DNA from: an uncultured Thermoplasmata archaeon
GTDB taxonomy: Archaea > Thermoplasmatota > Thermoplasmata > UBA10834
Reading direction: 5' to 3'
Length of the DNA stretch: 64,000 bases
Assembly: GCA_963719945.1 (NCBI GenBank)
Contig: CAVRDX010000004.1
Location: 259,744 to 323,743 of the forward strand
The notes beneath the pieces are model-generated. The model worked only from the letters and a program-made list of their open reading frames with translations. It searched no databases and was not told where the DNA came from. How positions within the stretch are numbered: the first letter of the stretch is position 1; each line of letters opens with the position of its first letter. The position numbers were made by a program, and so were the translations under genes. Below, piece by piece: positions 19,705-29,800 of this stretch.

Positions 19705-21112
19705 AGAACTCGTCCAGCTTCGACAGCTCTTCCTTCGTCATCAGAGGCGTCTTCGGCTTGCTCAGTATCCTCTTCACCTCTTCGCTCGCCCTGCTGATGA
19801 GCAACCCGCGCTTGCATTCCCTCATCCTGTGCTCGATGGACGCTTCTGGACGTGCTGATGCGATAATCTCCTTTCTGAACCTCGACATCGTATGCCTTTT
19901 GCCGATGAAATTGCCGTCCTTCGCTGCGTCCCTGATCGTGTCAAAGGAGATTGCATCGTCATCGGTGTCGAATCTTCTCGCGAACTCTTTCGCGACATCC
20001 CAGACCCACGCATCAGCCACCAGCTGCTCGAACGAGGCCCCGGTCGCCATGTCAATCCCACCGAAACCTGAGGCGAGATCCGATGGCACCATGCTCTGGA
20101 TCGAGATGTGCGGCACACCCTCCCATACATTGCTCATGCCGTGTGCCAGATTCTCCAGGCCGACACCTATCACCATTGTCGGAAGTCCGTAGAATCTCCC
20201 CATCTGTCCCGCGCCGACCCTTATGAGTGGCACTTCTAGAGCGCCATAATCTATCGAGCCTGTCTTGAGGTCTCCTGGACTCGAGTCTGTGCTGTATATG
20301 AACGGGGATCCGTGCTTCGCCACCTGTGATATGACGAGGCTGGCCAGGTTCTCCGCATTGACTTGGGCCAATGTGCCCGAAATTGTCACAGGCGAAGTCA
20401 GGCCGGTGACCGATGCGGCCATCGCGACTATCGGTATGCCGCCACGCGAGAGTTCGACCTGCCCTTCCACCAATCCTTTCTCGAAGGTCAGAGGCGATAT
20501 CGGGCATTCCACGGCCGAGAAGATGGGTCTCTTCGCGAGCCCCTCCTCCCCACCAGTGAAGATCGAGGCCATCTCGATCATCCATCGAGCCTCCTCAGTG
20601 CCGGTTGCCATGGCCTGGATGTGTTTCGTCGTGTGCATCAGTGAGATCTTGAGTTCGGTTATTCCCTTGAGCCTCACGGACTGTTCGAGTGCCCCGACCA
20701 TGGGCCAGAAGAAATCTATCTGGGGGAGTTCGTTGACCAGTATAGCGAAATCCCTGAGATCATCGGATGTGGCCTGCCTCGACTCACCGGTCACCAGGTC
20801 CTTTACGAAGACCCCTTCGCCGCCGTTGGTGACATACATCCTATCGAGTGAGGGTATGCTGATGTCGTTCTTCCCGTCCCTGGATGCCAGAAGCACTGGT
20901 CGCTTCGCATCGGCTACAGCCGACATGACGATCCTCTCGTCCAGAAGCAATCTCTTGCCGTCGTCAGACCGCCGGGCGCCTGCCTTTTCGAGCATCTCAG
21001 ACACTTGCTGGCTATGGACAAGTATGCCCACTTCGTTCAGCAATCTCAACGATGTCCTGTGTATGCGCGCTATCTCCTCCTTGTCCAAGAACTCCATACG
21101 CCCTCTCGCCAT
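19679..21112 (-). CDS. MttB-superfamily (trimethylamine/quaternary-amine:corrinoid) methyltransferase, no in-frame UAG
   Basis: N-terminus is MttB-like (FLDKEEIARIHRTSLRLLNEVGILV) over about 477 aa. I chose the ATG at 21112, which is preceded by GAGGAGAGGTG; the ORF-track start at 21238 would leave only 11 nt to the divergent ORF. Confidence 0.8.
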   Translation of the reverse strand: MARGRMEFLDKEEIARIHRTSLRLLNEVGILVHSQQVSEMLEKAGARRSDDGKRLLLDERIVMSAVADAKRPVLLASRDGKNDISIPSLDRMYVTNGGEGVFVKDLVTGESRQATSDDLRDFAILVNELPQIDFFWPMVGALEQSVRLKGITELKISLMHTTKHIQAMATGTEEARWMIEMASIFTGGEEGLAKRPIFSAVECPISPLTFEKGLVEGQVELSRGGIPIVAMAASVTGLTSPVTISGTLAQVNAENLASLVISQVAKHGSPFIYSTDSSPGDLKTGSIDYGALEVPLIRVGAGQMGRFYGLPTMVIGVGLENLAHGMSNVWEGVPHISIQSMVPSDLASGFGGIDMATGASFEQLVADAWVWDVAKEFARRFDTDDDAISFDTIRDAAKDGNFIGKRHTMSRFRKEIIASARPEASIEHRMRECKRGLLISRASEEVKRILSKPKTPLMTKEELSKLDEFFRKIQNGR

Positions 21113-21294
21113 CAGCAACACCTCTCCTCTAAGCGGAACACCTGAAGCTTTCCATTTTGAATAATGTTTTGCTATTTTCGTCATTTTTGGCCAGATGTCG
21201 GTCGGATTCCGTTCAGCCGTATCGTGGATAGTGCGCAATCGATGATACTTTGATATTGACTGGCACCATTAGGCCAGCGAGGAGAATCCGGTAC

Positions 21295-21603
21295 ATGGAA
21301 GCTGAATGGCGCAAAGCCCTGTTCAGATTTCTTCTGAACAACATCGGGCAGCTCGATCAGGACGAGTTCGATGCATGGGTCGACGATGATTTCGATATGG
21401 CGCCTCTGCTCGCTCCGTTCCTGAAGACGATGTCTGCGCATAGGGACAGGATATTGGCGGAAATGCATCAGATCTTCCCTGCAGAGGTGTTCGACAGGTT
21501 CAAGGTCGAACACCCGGAGATCGCTATCGCATCGGCGGACAGGGTTGTATTCAAGATCGGCAAGGAACTTGAGGCGATAAAGTCCATCGTGAGTTCGCTG
21601 TGA
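21295..21603 (+). CDS. Hypothetical protein
   Basis: About 100-codon acidic/helical ORF divergent from the MttB-like gene. I recognise no family. The start could be 21250 or 21295. Confidence 0.45.
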   Translation: MEAEWRKALFRFLLNNIGQLDQDEFDAWVDDDFDMAPLLAPFLKTMSAHRDRILAEMHQIFPAEVFDRFKVEHPEIAIASADRVVFKIGKELEAIKSIVSSL

Positions 21604-21833
21604 TGACTAATTCTACGTGCGAACATCGTCGTTAGAATCCGTCTACTGCCAGTGTATTCGACCTTTTCTGGACGTCTTGGCCTAATGTTGTACGTATCGG
21701 ATGTTCACGCCCTTCGTTGATGGAGAATGAATGAATCGCATACGCATCTTGATCATTTACGGATGCCAGCTATCGGTTTGGCGGACTTGTGTGTACGTGC
21801 AAAACCGTTATTATTCGGAATGGGATTTTGTTA

Positions 21834-23768
21834 ATGAACCAGATGACAAATAATGAAGATCAGTCTGTTGATGCGGACAAGAAATGTCCATCAAAATCTC
21901 ATTTTAGCCCACATTTGATGGCCGATTGGCAGGAAAAGTACCGCGAGAAAGTGCGAACGGCCGAACAGGCGATATCCACCATCCGTAGGGGAGACAAGGT
22001 CTTCATCGGGTCAGGTGCCGCAGAACCCCAGCACTTGGTCAAGGCATTGATAGATTCTGCGGGGAGGCTCGCAGATACCAGGATCATGCACATCATGACC
22101 CTCGGTGTCGCACCATACACTGAGGAGAAGTTCACGGACCAGTTCAGACATAACGCGTTCTTCATCGGCGCCAACACTAGGAAGGCGGTTTCAGAGGGAA
22201 GGGCAGATTACACTCCAGTGTTTCTATCGGAGATACCTGCGTTGTTCCGTTCGGGTCAGAGCCCGATCGATGTCGCACTTATACAGGTCTCACCACCAGA
22301 CAAACACGGCTACTGCAGTTACGGAGTCTCCACAGATGTCGTGAAATCGGCTTCGGAGTCTGCCACTAAGGTGATAGCTGAGATCAATCCGCAGATGCCA
22401 CGAGCACTTGGGGACTGTTTCATCAACATGGATGAAATCGATCTGGTCATCCCGATAGATGCGCCGCTCCTCTATTCCAAGCGGGACCGGGCGGATGATA
22501 TTGCGAAGAAGATCGGGAAGAACATCGCAGACCTGATCGAGGACGGATCAACGATCCAGATGGGCATAGGAACGATTCCCGATTCGGTGCTGTATTATCT
22601 CACCGACAAGAAGGATCTGGGTATACACACTGAAATGTTCTCTGACGGACTTATGGAGCTTGCTCAGCGGGACGTCATCAACAACTCGAAGAAGACCTTG
22701 CACAAAGGAAAGACGATAGCATCGTTCTGCATGGGCAGCCGCGCGCTGTACGATTTCGTGGACGACAATCCTGCTATCGAGTTCCACCCGACAGAATACA
22801 CGAACGACCCGTTCATCATATCGCAGAACGACAAGATGGTTGCGATAAACTCCGCAATCGAAGTCGACCTCACAGGCCAGGTATGCGCCGACTCACTCGG
22901 TACCATGTTCTACTCCGGCATAGGAGGTCAGGTCGATTTCGTCCGTGGGTCGGCTAGGTCAAAGGGCGGGAAACCGATCATCGCACTGCCCTCGACCGCC
23001 AAGGACGATACGGTCTCCAGAATATCCGTGCACCTCCACGAGGGCGCTGGCGTCGTCACGACTAGGGGAGATGTCCACTATGTGGTGACCGAATATGGAG
23101 CTGCGTACCTGCACGGAAAGAACATACGTGAGAGGGCGATGTCGCTCATCAGCATAGCACATCCCAAGTTCCGTCAGGATCTGATGGAAGCTGCGAAGGA
23201 ACTGAACTACGTCTACGGCGACCAGAAGCTCGCGCCTCAGACGACCAGGTATCCAGAGGAATTCGAGACGGTCATGCGAGAGAAGCAGGGTAGCGATCTC
23301 CTCGTGAGACCGATCAAATCGACTGATGAGGAAATGCTCAGCGACATGTTCTACGATCTGAGCGATCAGACTATCATCAACCGTTTCTTCAGCATGCTCA
23401 AGTCGATGCCGCACAGGAGACTCCAGGAGTTCTGTGTGATAGACTACGAATCTGAGATATCCCTGGTGGTTCTGAAGGGCAAGGGGCCGAAGCAGAAAAT
23501 GATTGGCGTGGGAAGCTATCACCTGAACCCTTCCACAAAACGCGCGGAAATAGCATTCCTTGTCGCCGATGAATGGCAGGGAAGAGGTATCGGGACATAC
23601 TTGATGCATGAGCTGGTCAAGATTGCGCGACAGAAGAAGATCAGGGGATTCACCGCGGAGGTCCTGAGGGACAATGTGGCGATGATAGCCCTGATGCACA
23701 AGTCCGGCGTTCCGCCGAAGTCCGCGATTGTGAATGGAAGCTATCTGTTCACGATGGACTTCGAATAG
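21834..23768 (+). CDS. Acetyl-CoA hydrolase/transferase-family protein fused to a C-terminal GNAT acetyltransferase domain
   Basis: N-terminal part resembles 4-hydroxybutyrate/acetyl-CoA transferase (DWQEKYREKVRTAEQAISTIRRGDKVFIGSGAAEPQ; GIGTIPD; SGIGGQVDF). The C-terminal 150 aa are GNAT (VADEWQGRGIGTYLM). Start is uncertain (21789/21834/21843/21918). Confidence 0.85.
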   Translation: MNQMTNNEDQSVDADKKCPSKSHFSPHLMADWQEKYREKVRTAEQAISTIRRGDKVFIGSGAAEPQHLVKALIDSAGRLADTRIMHIMTLGVAPYTEEKFTDQFRHNAFFIGANTRKAVSEGRADYTPVFLSEIPALFRSGQSPIDVALIQVSPPDKHGYCSYGVSTDVVKSASESATKVIAEINPQMPRALGDCFINMDEIDLVIPIDAPLLYSKRDRADDIAKKIGKNIADLIEDGSTIQMGIGTIPDSVLYYLTDKKDLGIHTEMFSDGLMELAQRDVINNSKKTLHKGKTIASFCMGSRALYDFVDDNPAIEFHPTEYTNDPFIISQNDKMVAINSAIEVDLTGQVCADSLGTMFYSGIGGQVDFVRGSARSKGGKPIIALPSTAKDDTVSRISVHLHEGAGVVTTRGDVHYVVTEYGAAYLHGKNIRERAMSLISIAHPKFRQDLMEAAKELNYVYGDQKLAPQTTRYPEEFETVMREKQGSDLLVRPIKSTDEEMLSDMFYDLSDQTIINRFFSMLKSMPHRRLQEFCVIDYESEISLVVLKGKGPKQKMIGVGSYHLNPSTKRAEIAFLVADEWQGRGIGTYLMHELVKIARQKKIRGFTAEVLRDNVAMIALMHKSGVPPKSAIVNGSYLFTMDFE

Positions 23769-23807
23769 GTTATACACCTCGTACGCAGATTACCGTCCGG
23801 GTTTCCG

Positions 23808-24650
23808 ATGCTATTGGGCGCGCATGTATCCATCACGGGAGGCGTTCAGAACGCTCCTCAACGCGCACGTGAGGTCACGTGCGATTGTATGCAGATATTC
23901 TCTAAGAACCAGATGCAATGGAAATCGAGACCTCTCGAGGCGACCGAGATCTCCCACTTCAAAGAGGACATTGGGAAGTTCGAGATTCGCGAGACAGTCA
24001 TACACGATTCATATCTGATCAACCTAGGAAGTCCTGACAAGGAGCTATTGGCGAAGTCGAGAAACGCCTTCCTGGACGAAGCGGTCAGGGCGGATCAGTT
24101 GGGTGTCAGATATCTGATATTCCACCCTGGCGCCCATGTGGGTTCCGGCGAACAGACCGGGCTGAAGACCGTTGCGGAATCGTTGAACTGGGTGCGGAAG
24201 GAATTGGGTTCGAGCCAGGTGGAGTTCATAATCGAGATAACAGCAGGTCAGGGCAGCGTCCTCGGCCATTCTTTCGAGCAGCTTTCAAAGATAATAGATA
24301 TGTTGGACGATCAGAAGCGCGCGGGCATATGTTTCGACACCTGTCACGCGTACGCTGCCGGGTACGATGTGAAGACCAGGTCCGGATACGAGAAGACATT
24401 CGTCCACCTGGACGAAGTCTTGGGGGTAGATATGGTCAAGGCCATGCACCTCAACGATTCCAAGGGCAAGTTGGGGTCCCATCTCGACAGACACGACGAG
24501 ATCGGGAAGGGTTTTCTCGGCATCGAGTGTTTCAAGCATATCGTGAACGACGACCGGTGGGAGTCCGTGCCTATGGTCCTCGAGACGCCTCAGGCCGAAA
24601 AGAATTATGCCAATGAACTCAAGACTCTCCGTTCACTCATCGAGAAGTGA
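23808..24650 (+). CDS. nfo: Endonuclease IV (deoxyribonuclease IV)
   Basis: MLLGAHVSITGG N-terminus, HDSYLINL, FHPGAH, CFDTCHAYAAGYD. Confidence 0.95.
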   Translation: MLLGAHVSITGGVQNAPQRAREVTCDCMQIFSKNQMQWKSRPLEATEISHFKEDIGKFEIRETVIHDSYLINLGSPDKELLAKSRNAFLDEAVRADQLGVRYLIFHPGAHVGSGEQTGLKTVAESLNWVRKELGSSQVEFIIEITAGQGSVLGHSFEQLSKIIDMLDDQKRAGICFDTCHAYAAGYDVKTRSGYEKTFVHLDEVLGVDMVKAMHLNDSKGKLGSHLDRHDEIGKGFLGIECFKHIVNDDRWESVPMVLETPQAEKNYANELKTLRSLIEK

Positions 24651-26559
24651 GTTCCTTGATGTCGATACCCGAGCTCTCCAATATGTCGACATCGCCTGGG
24701 GGCATGATGCTCTGTATCTCTTCAATCGGCACTCCGAGCCTGTCTGCCAGCACCTTCGCGAACCTGTTCTTCTCTAGCTGACCTGGGCGAATGACCACGA
24801 ACTTCGTGCACTTCGCTTTGATCGCGGAGACGGGCCCACACATCATCTTGCGTTCGTTCTCGAAAATGATCTCGCCGACTGCGAGTTTGATATCGATCTT
24901 GTCGGTGTAATTCCTCTTACCTCGGATCACGAAAGCTCCCTTGGCGAGATACTCTCCACTCTGCGGGGTCTTGCTGACCTGTTCTGGAAGCACCCAATAA
25001 CCGGCCGCGGATCCTATCTTCGCGTTCCATGCTTTCGAGGTTGCGACCGCGAACTCGCATGCCTCTCTCAGGGTCTCCTCGCCCACGCCATCCTTCATCT
25101 TGACGACGATGCTCGGAGCACCGTGCATGTCTGCATGGGCGTACCTATCGCCATCGTCGAGATGCTTCTTGACAAGCATGTCGTTGCTCTTCGCGTCCTT
25201 CCCGCCGAGGACGACCGCGCCCTCGCTTGATATGAACCATCTGTATCTCTCGAACCAGAATCTCTTGGTCGGTTTGTGCTTGGTCTTCTCTGCATCGGAG
25301 GCCTTCATCTTCTTCTGCTGTTCTATCTCCTTTCTCGTCTCCACAAGGACGACGAGGAGGCCTTCGAGCTTCTTCTTGGCCTTCTTCGCATCTTCATAAT
25401 ATCGTTGAGCGTTGGATTCGACAGTTCCTTTTATGTCGAGCTTGTATGTTGAATCGGCGATCTTCACGGTCAGGATCGAGGACTTCTTGTCGAACGAAAC
25501 CACACATGGCATGTCGCCCACTTCTCCAGATGCGTCGACGTTCCGTTTCGCAGTCGCAATGATCGTGTTGACCTCACCATATATCGCGTACAACGCATCT
25601 CCAGCAGCCTGCGAATCATTGCTCTCATTCTGGAGGCTCGTCACTGCAGCTTCCTGCTGAGCAATCTTCCTCTTTAGCTTTCCGGAATCCTTCGATTCTT
25701 CGGCGACCTTCTCCTTCTTGGTCGCGGGTTTCATCGATATGTATCCTTCAATAGCTTCCGAGAACGATGGGAATTCGCTCGTCTCTCCACCATCGTATGT
25801 CTTCATGTTGATGGGGACGACGTCTTCTACCACACCGCCTTTCTTGACGATTATCCCCTTCTCCGATTCCTTCGCCTCTTTCATCAGAGTTTTTATCATG
25901 CCGAGGATAGCGGAGGATTCCTCCACCGAGACATTCGCTGCCTCAGTGTGTGGATCAATACCGAGTCGAGCGCACGCTTCCTCGCTGTATCTCCCTCCGA
26001 GGTTCATCCTGGTCGCTAGGGTCCTCACGATGTCTGCATCGGATGCTCTCATCATCTCAGAGATCGATTCCTGGGTCATCTCGGAAGGGTCCGGTATGGG
26101 CGGCGGGAACGCGAACTCCCTCCTCGCCCTGACGATCCTATGCTTCCAAGTACGGCTGATGAGTGGTTGGACTATGATGCCATCCTTCACGAGGACGACG
26201 TTCCCCTCGGCGAAGAGTTCCAGGACGAGTTCGTACCTGCCATCCTTCTCGAGCGTGAGCACGACTATCCTCTCGAAGCCCTGCTGTCTCACACCCGTCA
26301 ACCTGGCGTTCGACACCCTCTTCCTGAGCATCATCGCGAAGTCCGTAGGCTGCTGTGGCATCTCCTTTGATTTGGCTGACCTAAAAAGCCATTTTCCGAC
26401 GAAGAAATGTATGAACTCCTTTCCCTCGCCACGGCTCTTCAAGGCGAGGATCAGATGTTCCCTCGTAGGCTGATATACCTTGTCGAGGTTCCAATCGACG
26501 TACCGCTGGAGTTCCTTCACGACCGCGGTCACATCGAAACTGCTCAAGGCTTCCTTCAT
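24637..26559 (-). CDS. NFACT-family (FbpA/RqcH/Rqc2-like) ribosome quality control protein homologue
   Basis: NFACT-N-like start (SSFDVTAVVKELQ...LDKVYQPTREHLILAL), a central coiled coil, and a DUF814-type motif YAHADMHGAPSIVVK. Confidence 0.85.
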   Translation of the reverse strand: MKEALSSFDVTAVVKELQRYVDWNLDKVYQPTREHLILALKSRGEGKEFIHFFVGKWLFRSAKSKEMPQQPTDFAMMLRKRVSNARLTGVRQQGFERIVVLTLEKDGRYELVLELFAEGNVVLVKDGIIVQPLISRTWKHRIVRARREFAFPPPIPDPSEMTQESISEMMRASDADIVRTLATRMNLGGRYSEEACARLGIDPHTEAANVSVEESSAILGMIKTLMKEAKESEKGIIVKKGGVVEDVVPINMKTYDGGETSEFPSFSEAIEGYISMKPATKKEKVAEESKDSGKLKRKIAQQEAAVTSLQNESNDSQAAGDALYAIYGEVNTIIATAKRNVDASGEVGDMPCVVSFDKKSSILTVKIADSTYKLDIKGTVESNAQRYYEDAKKAKKKLEGLLVVLVETRKEIEQQKKMKASDAEKTKHKPTKRFWFERYRWFISSEGAVVLGGKDAKSNDMLVKKHLDDGDRYAHADMHGAPSIVVKMKDGVGEETLREACEFAVATSKAWNAKIGSAAGYWVLPEQVSKTPQSGEYLAKGAFVIRGKRNYTDKIDIKLAVGEIIFENERKMMCGPVSAIKAKCTKFVVIRPGQLEKNRFAKVLADRLGVPIEEIQSIMPPGDVDILESSGIDIKELTSR

Positions 26560-26644
26560 CTGGATGATGAATCCTTGGACTCGCTATTAAATTATGTGTA
26601 TGCGCCCAGTATGGTCAAAATAGGCCCCTCCGTCCTCAACAACC

Positions 26645-26654
26645 TTTTAATATG
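26645..26654 (+). promoter_or_regulatory. TATA box candidate for tRNA-Thr
   Basis: TTTTAATATG is centred about 38 nt upstream of the tRNA 5' end. Confidence 0.45.
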
Positions 26655-26687
26655 CCCGGCAAGATGACTTGCGGCCGGGCGCAGGAT

Positions 26688-26762
26688 GCCACTGTGGCTT
26701 AGAGGTATAGCGACGCCTTGGTAAGGCGTAGGTCGAGGGTTCAATTCCCTCCAGTGGCTCCA
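26688..26762 (+). tRNA. tRNA-Thr (anticodon GGU), CCA encoded
   Basis: Acceptor GCCACTG/CAGTGGC. Anticodon stem ACGCC/GGCGT with loop TTGGTAA. T arm GAGGG-TTCAATT-CCCTC, discriminator T, then CCA. Confidence 0.9.
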
Positions 26763-26808
26763 TCTCTTCTCCGATATCCTGCAATTTCGCTTTCTACATC
26801 TCACATAT

Positions 26809-26826
26809 CGAAAAATACGAAAATTG
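26809..26826 (-). terminator. Oligo-T terminator candidate for the protease gene
   Basis: The minus-sense sequence is CAATTTTCGTATTTTTCG, about 35-50 nt after the stop at 26860. Confidence 0.35.
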
Positions 26827-26859
26827 AAAGGGTTTTCAGAGTTTTCGACTACCGCCAGC

Positions 26860-29800
26860 TCACTCGACCACGGTTATCAGGATCTCGATCCTGAACATGC
26901 TCGAGGATCCGAGGAACCCGAAGGTCGCCGCACCAACATATGTCCCAGGGATGGCGGGCATGCTGTAATCGATGCTGAACGAGTACAGGCCAGACGAAAC
27001 TAACGGTTCTATCCCGATCGCTGTTGTATAGGTCCCTTCGACACCTATCTGGACGTTCAGTCCGAAGTATCCAGGGTTGCCGACCACCGTGTAGCCGAGA
27101 ACCTTCACCAGGTATGTTCCATCAGCCACATCCCTCAAGGTGAGGCTCTCGTCCGATCCGCCTGCTCCGACATACCAGTACGGCTCCGTCAATGACGCTA
27201 TGCCGTCCTCGTTGGCATCGTACCAGACTCCCATATCGATGTCCGGGCAATCAGACACTTCCCATACCGACACCTTCAGCAAGGCTGCGCTCTCGACATA
27301 GATCGGCATCGTGTATTCTGCATTCGCAAGGTCGGAGTCGAAGTTGCTGCTTAGGACGCCCTGGTATATGGGCTCGTTCTCCCACAGGTACGATCTGGTC
27401 GGGTCCTCGCCGCTTCCGCTAGCCTCTATCTCGCCGTCAAGGTTCACATCGAACCACGCAGGTATTGATCCCGCCAACGGATCTCCATCCGAGAGGTCCA
27501 GTTCGAATTCGACCGCGGACGGTTCAAGACCGTTCAGAACGATCATCTTCGTGTATCCTTCGAGTGTCTCTGTCGGCGCATCGCCTGATATGAGCGGACA
27601 CCTTGTGACGACCGCGAACGGAGCAGGAGAGCCTACTGCGGTCTCATATGCACCTAGTGGAGCTGCTATCGCTTCCTTAGGTCCGCCCGTGTTCGTCCAT
27701 GAGCCGAATATGCCCGCGCCCATGTACCGCTCGTCACTGGATGCGATACCTGTCTCATAGTATCCCGGTCCATATGGGTCATCGAACACTCCACTCCATT
27801 CGCTCTCTGGATCAGTCGCGACTGGCGCGAGGATGTGTATGTTTATGTCGGTCGGCAGGTCTGTCCATTCGACGCATGTCAATAGGTACGCGTTCGGATC
27901 GGGCAGTTCCGTCGGAAGCGACCAGTATATTCTCCAGTCGCCTACCTCGAACCTCCAGTATTTGTCAGTCACACCAGTCACCTCGTTGTTGTATGGAGTG
28001 TCGAAGTAGGATTCACCGCCGAATTCGAACTCGTATGATTGCGCAGGCACGTGTATGACGATCGGCATGCATTGCATCCTCTCGCCATCGTCTATGTAGA
28101 CAGCTGCACCGTACGAGCCAACATATGCATCATCGGGTACCGAGACGAGCAGTTCCCACGCGAGTTGTCCTCCCGCTGGGACTGTTGCGGTCAGGCTGGA
28201 TGACCATTCCCCCGTCCCTGCCGCCCTCACTTTCGCCCATGGGAATTCGTCCAGTTCGTAGTAGTCCAACTGGAGGCTGACTTCCGTTCCCGCCATCGGG
28301 GCGATCGACCTTACCCTGACGATCAGACCATCGGATGTCCTCTCGATCGGGTCCTTGAGCATTATCTGGTTGGCGTTGCATTGCGAGCCGTCCACACTGT
28401 ACCTGAACAGTTCCCAGTTCCCGGTGCTCGTGCCTATTACACCATTGCCATTCAGATCTATCCAGTCGTGCATCTCGAGCCAATACTCGACATTCTGAAC
28501 ATAGTCCTGTTCAGGGTCGGTCTGCTCGTACGGGATGTACATAGTGACCTCCAGGAGGTCCGTGGATGCAGGCACGTAAGTCGTGATATCGACATATATG
28601 TCTGATCTGGGCTTTGTGACGAAGTTCAGGGTGTCACTGCCGGTCTTGAGCAGGATCTCTGGCGATACGACCACCTCAGCATCCTCTGTGCCGAAGTTGT
28701 TCGAAGTCACTCCCTGGATCGCTTCCTGTCCGGGCAGCATGAAGTTCGGGAACATCTCGTAGCTCTGACCGTAGACATCGCCTGGATAGACGACACCCTC
28801 GGTGAAGACCTCTCCCTGAGTCGTGGAAACCACGCCTGCTGCACCGCTCATGGCATCGGTGAAAGTCTTCGCGTTCAGCCAGCCAGATCCTTGCTTGAAC
28901 GGATCGAAGTGCATGTCATCGGCAGATGCTAGCAGGACCGCCTTGGCGTAATCCTTCACAGGTATCGCGCCTTCGTTCGCGAGCTTATATGCCTGGTATC
29001 CGAGAGCTGCGCCTCCTGCTGCAGTCGGCGTCGCATGGCTCGTCCCGCTTCCAAGCTGCGAGTGCCTGTACCCGTTCCCTATTGCTTCGTTCACCATGAC
29101 GCTCATGCTCGGGTCATAGTTGAGCGGAGCCGGTTCCATGGAGTACATGCCAGAAGCGATGATCTCGGAGTTCAGCTTGCCGTTCCTTCCAGGTCCGGAG
29201 TTCGAGAACGGCGCCACGTCTCCCCACTGCGCATTGCCTGCGGGTTCGTAGCCCATGATGCCTCTGTACTGCATCGTCGTACCCGCACCAACATGGACCG
29301 AGGTGTAATCGGTCACACTGTGAACAGTACCGTATCCGGGCCCACCGTTTCCGGAGGACCAGAACCATAGTGTCGGTCCTGACATCGAGATCGTGGTGGC
29401 GATCATATCTATCAGCTGATAGCCCGCGGCCACAGTGGTATCTGACCATCCGTAGCTGTTCGTGACTATGTCGGCCTCATCGCCGGTTCCCAGGATCCCA
29501 TCAACACCGAATTGCGCAAACAGCCACGCGTTCACCGTACTTCCGGTGAATGGTATCGCTATGAGCTTCGCACCTGGTGCCATGCCCTCCAGCTGTCCGC
29601 CGTAGGTATAGCCATTCGCCAATGCTGCGGATGATGTCATAGTCCCATGCGTTCCCGCATAGGCTCCCATGAATGCTACCGCGTCGCCTGAGCCTGCAAC
29701 GAACTCCGCTCCGTATGTCCATTCGGATGCGGGGTATTTGTTGACACCATCGCTGATCCAGTAGACCATTCCACCGGAATAGTCGGCATATCCATCGCCA

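Noticed and set aside
19679-21112. Looked for an in-frame amber (TAG) codon indicating pyrrolysine in the MttB-family gene.
   Set aside because: The reading frame is uninterrupted, and no pyl genes are visible in the window. I therefore treated it as a non-Pyl family member.
20265-21164. Long ORFs antisense to, or out of frame with, clearly recognisable genes. Examples: 20265..21164, 33000..33905, 42409..43092, 25718..26473, 10445..11269, 7159..7653, 2498..3163.
   Set aside because: Their translations are low-complexity and rich in Ser, Pro, Arg and Ala, with no motifs. They fully overlap genes with strong family signatures. Such shadow ORFs are expected in moderately GC-rich DNA.
21599-21660. 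C/D-box sRNA candidates suggested by GTGATGA (21599-21605) and ATGATGA (26573-26579).
   Set aside because: No D box (CTGA) or internal C'/D' pair lies at the required spacing. The first motif also overlaps a stop codon.
26592-26804. 70-codon minus-strand ORF spanning the tRNA-Thr gene.
   Set aside because: It is explained by the tRNA (cloverleaf folded by hand). The translation is Arg/Pro-rich nonsense.
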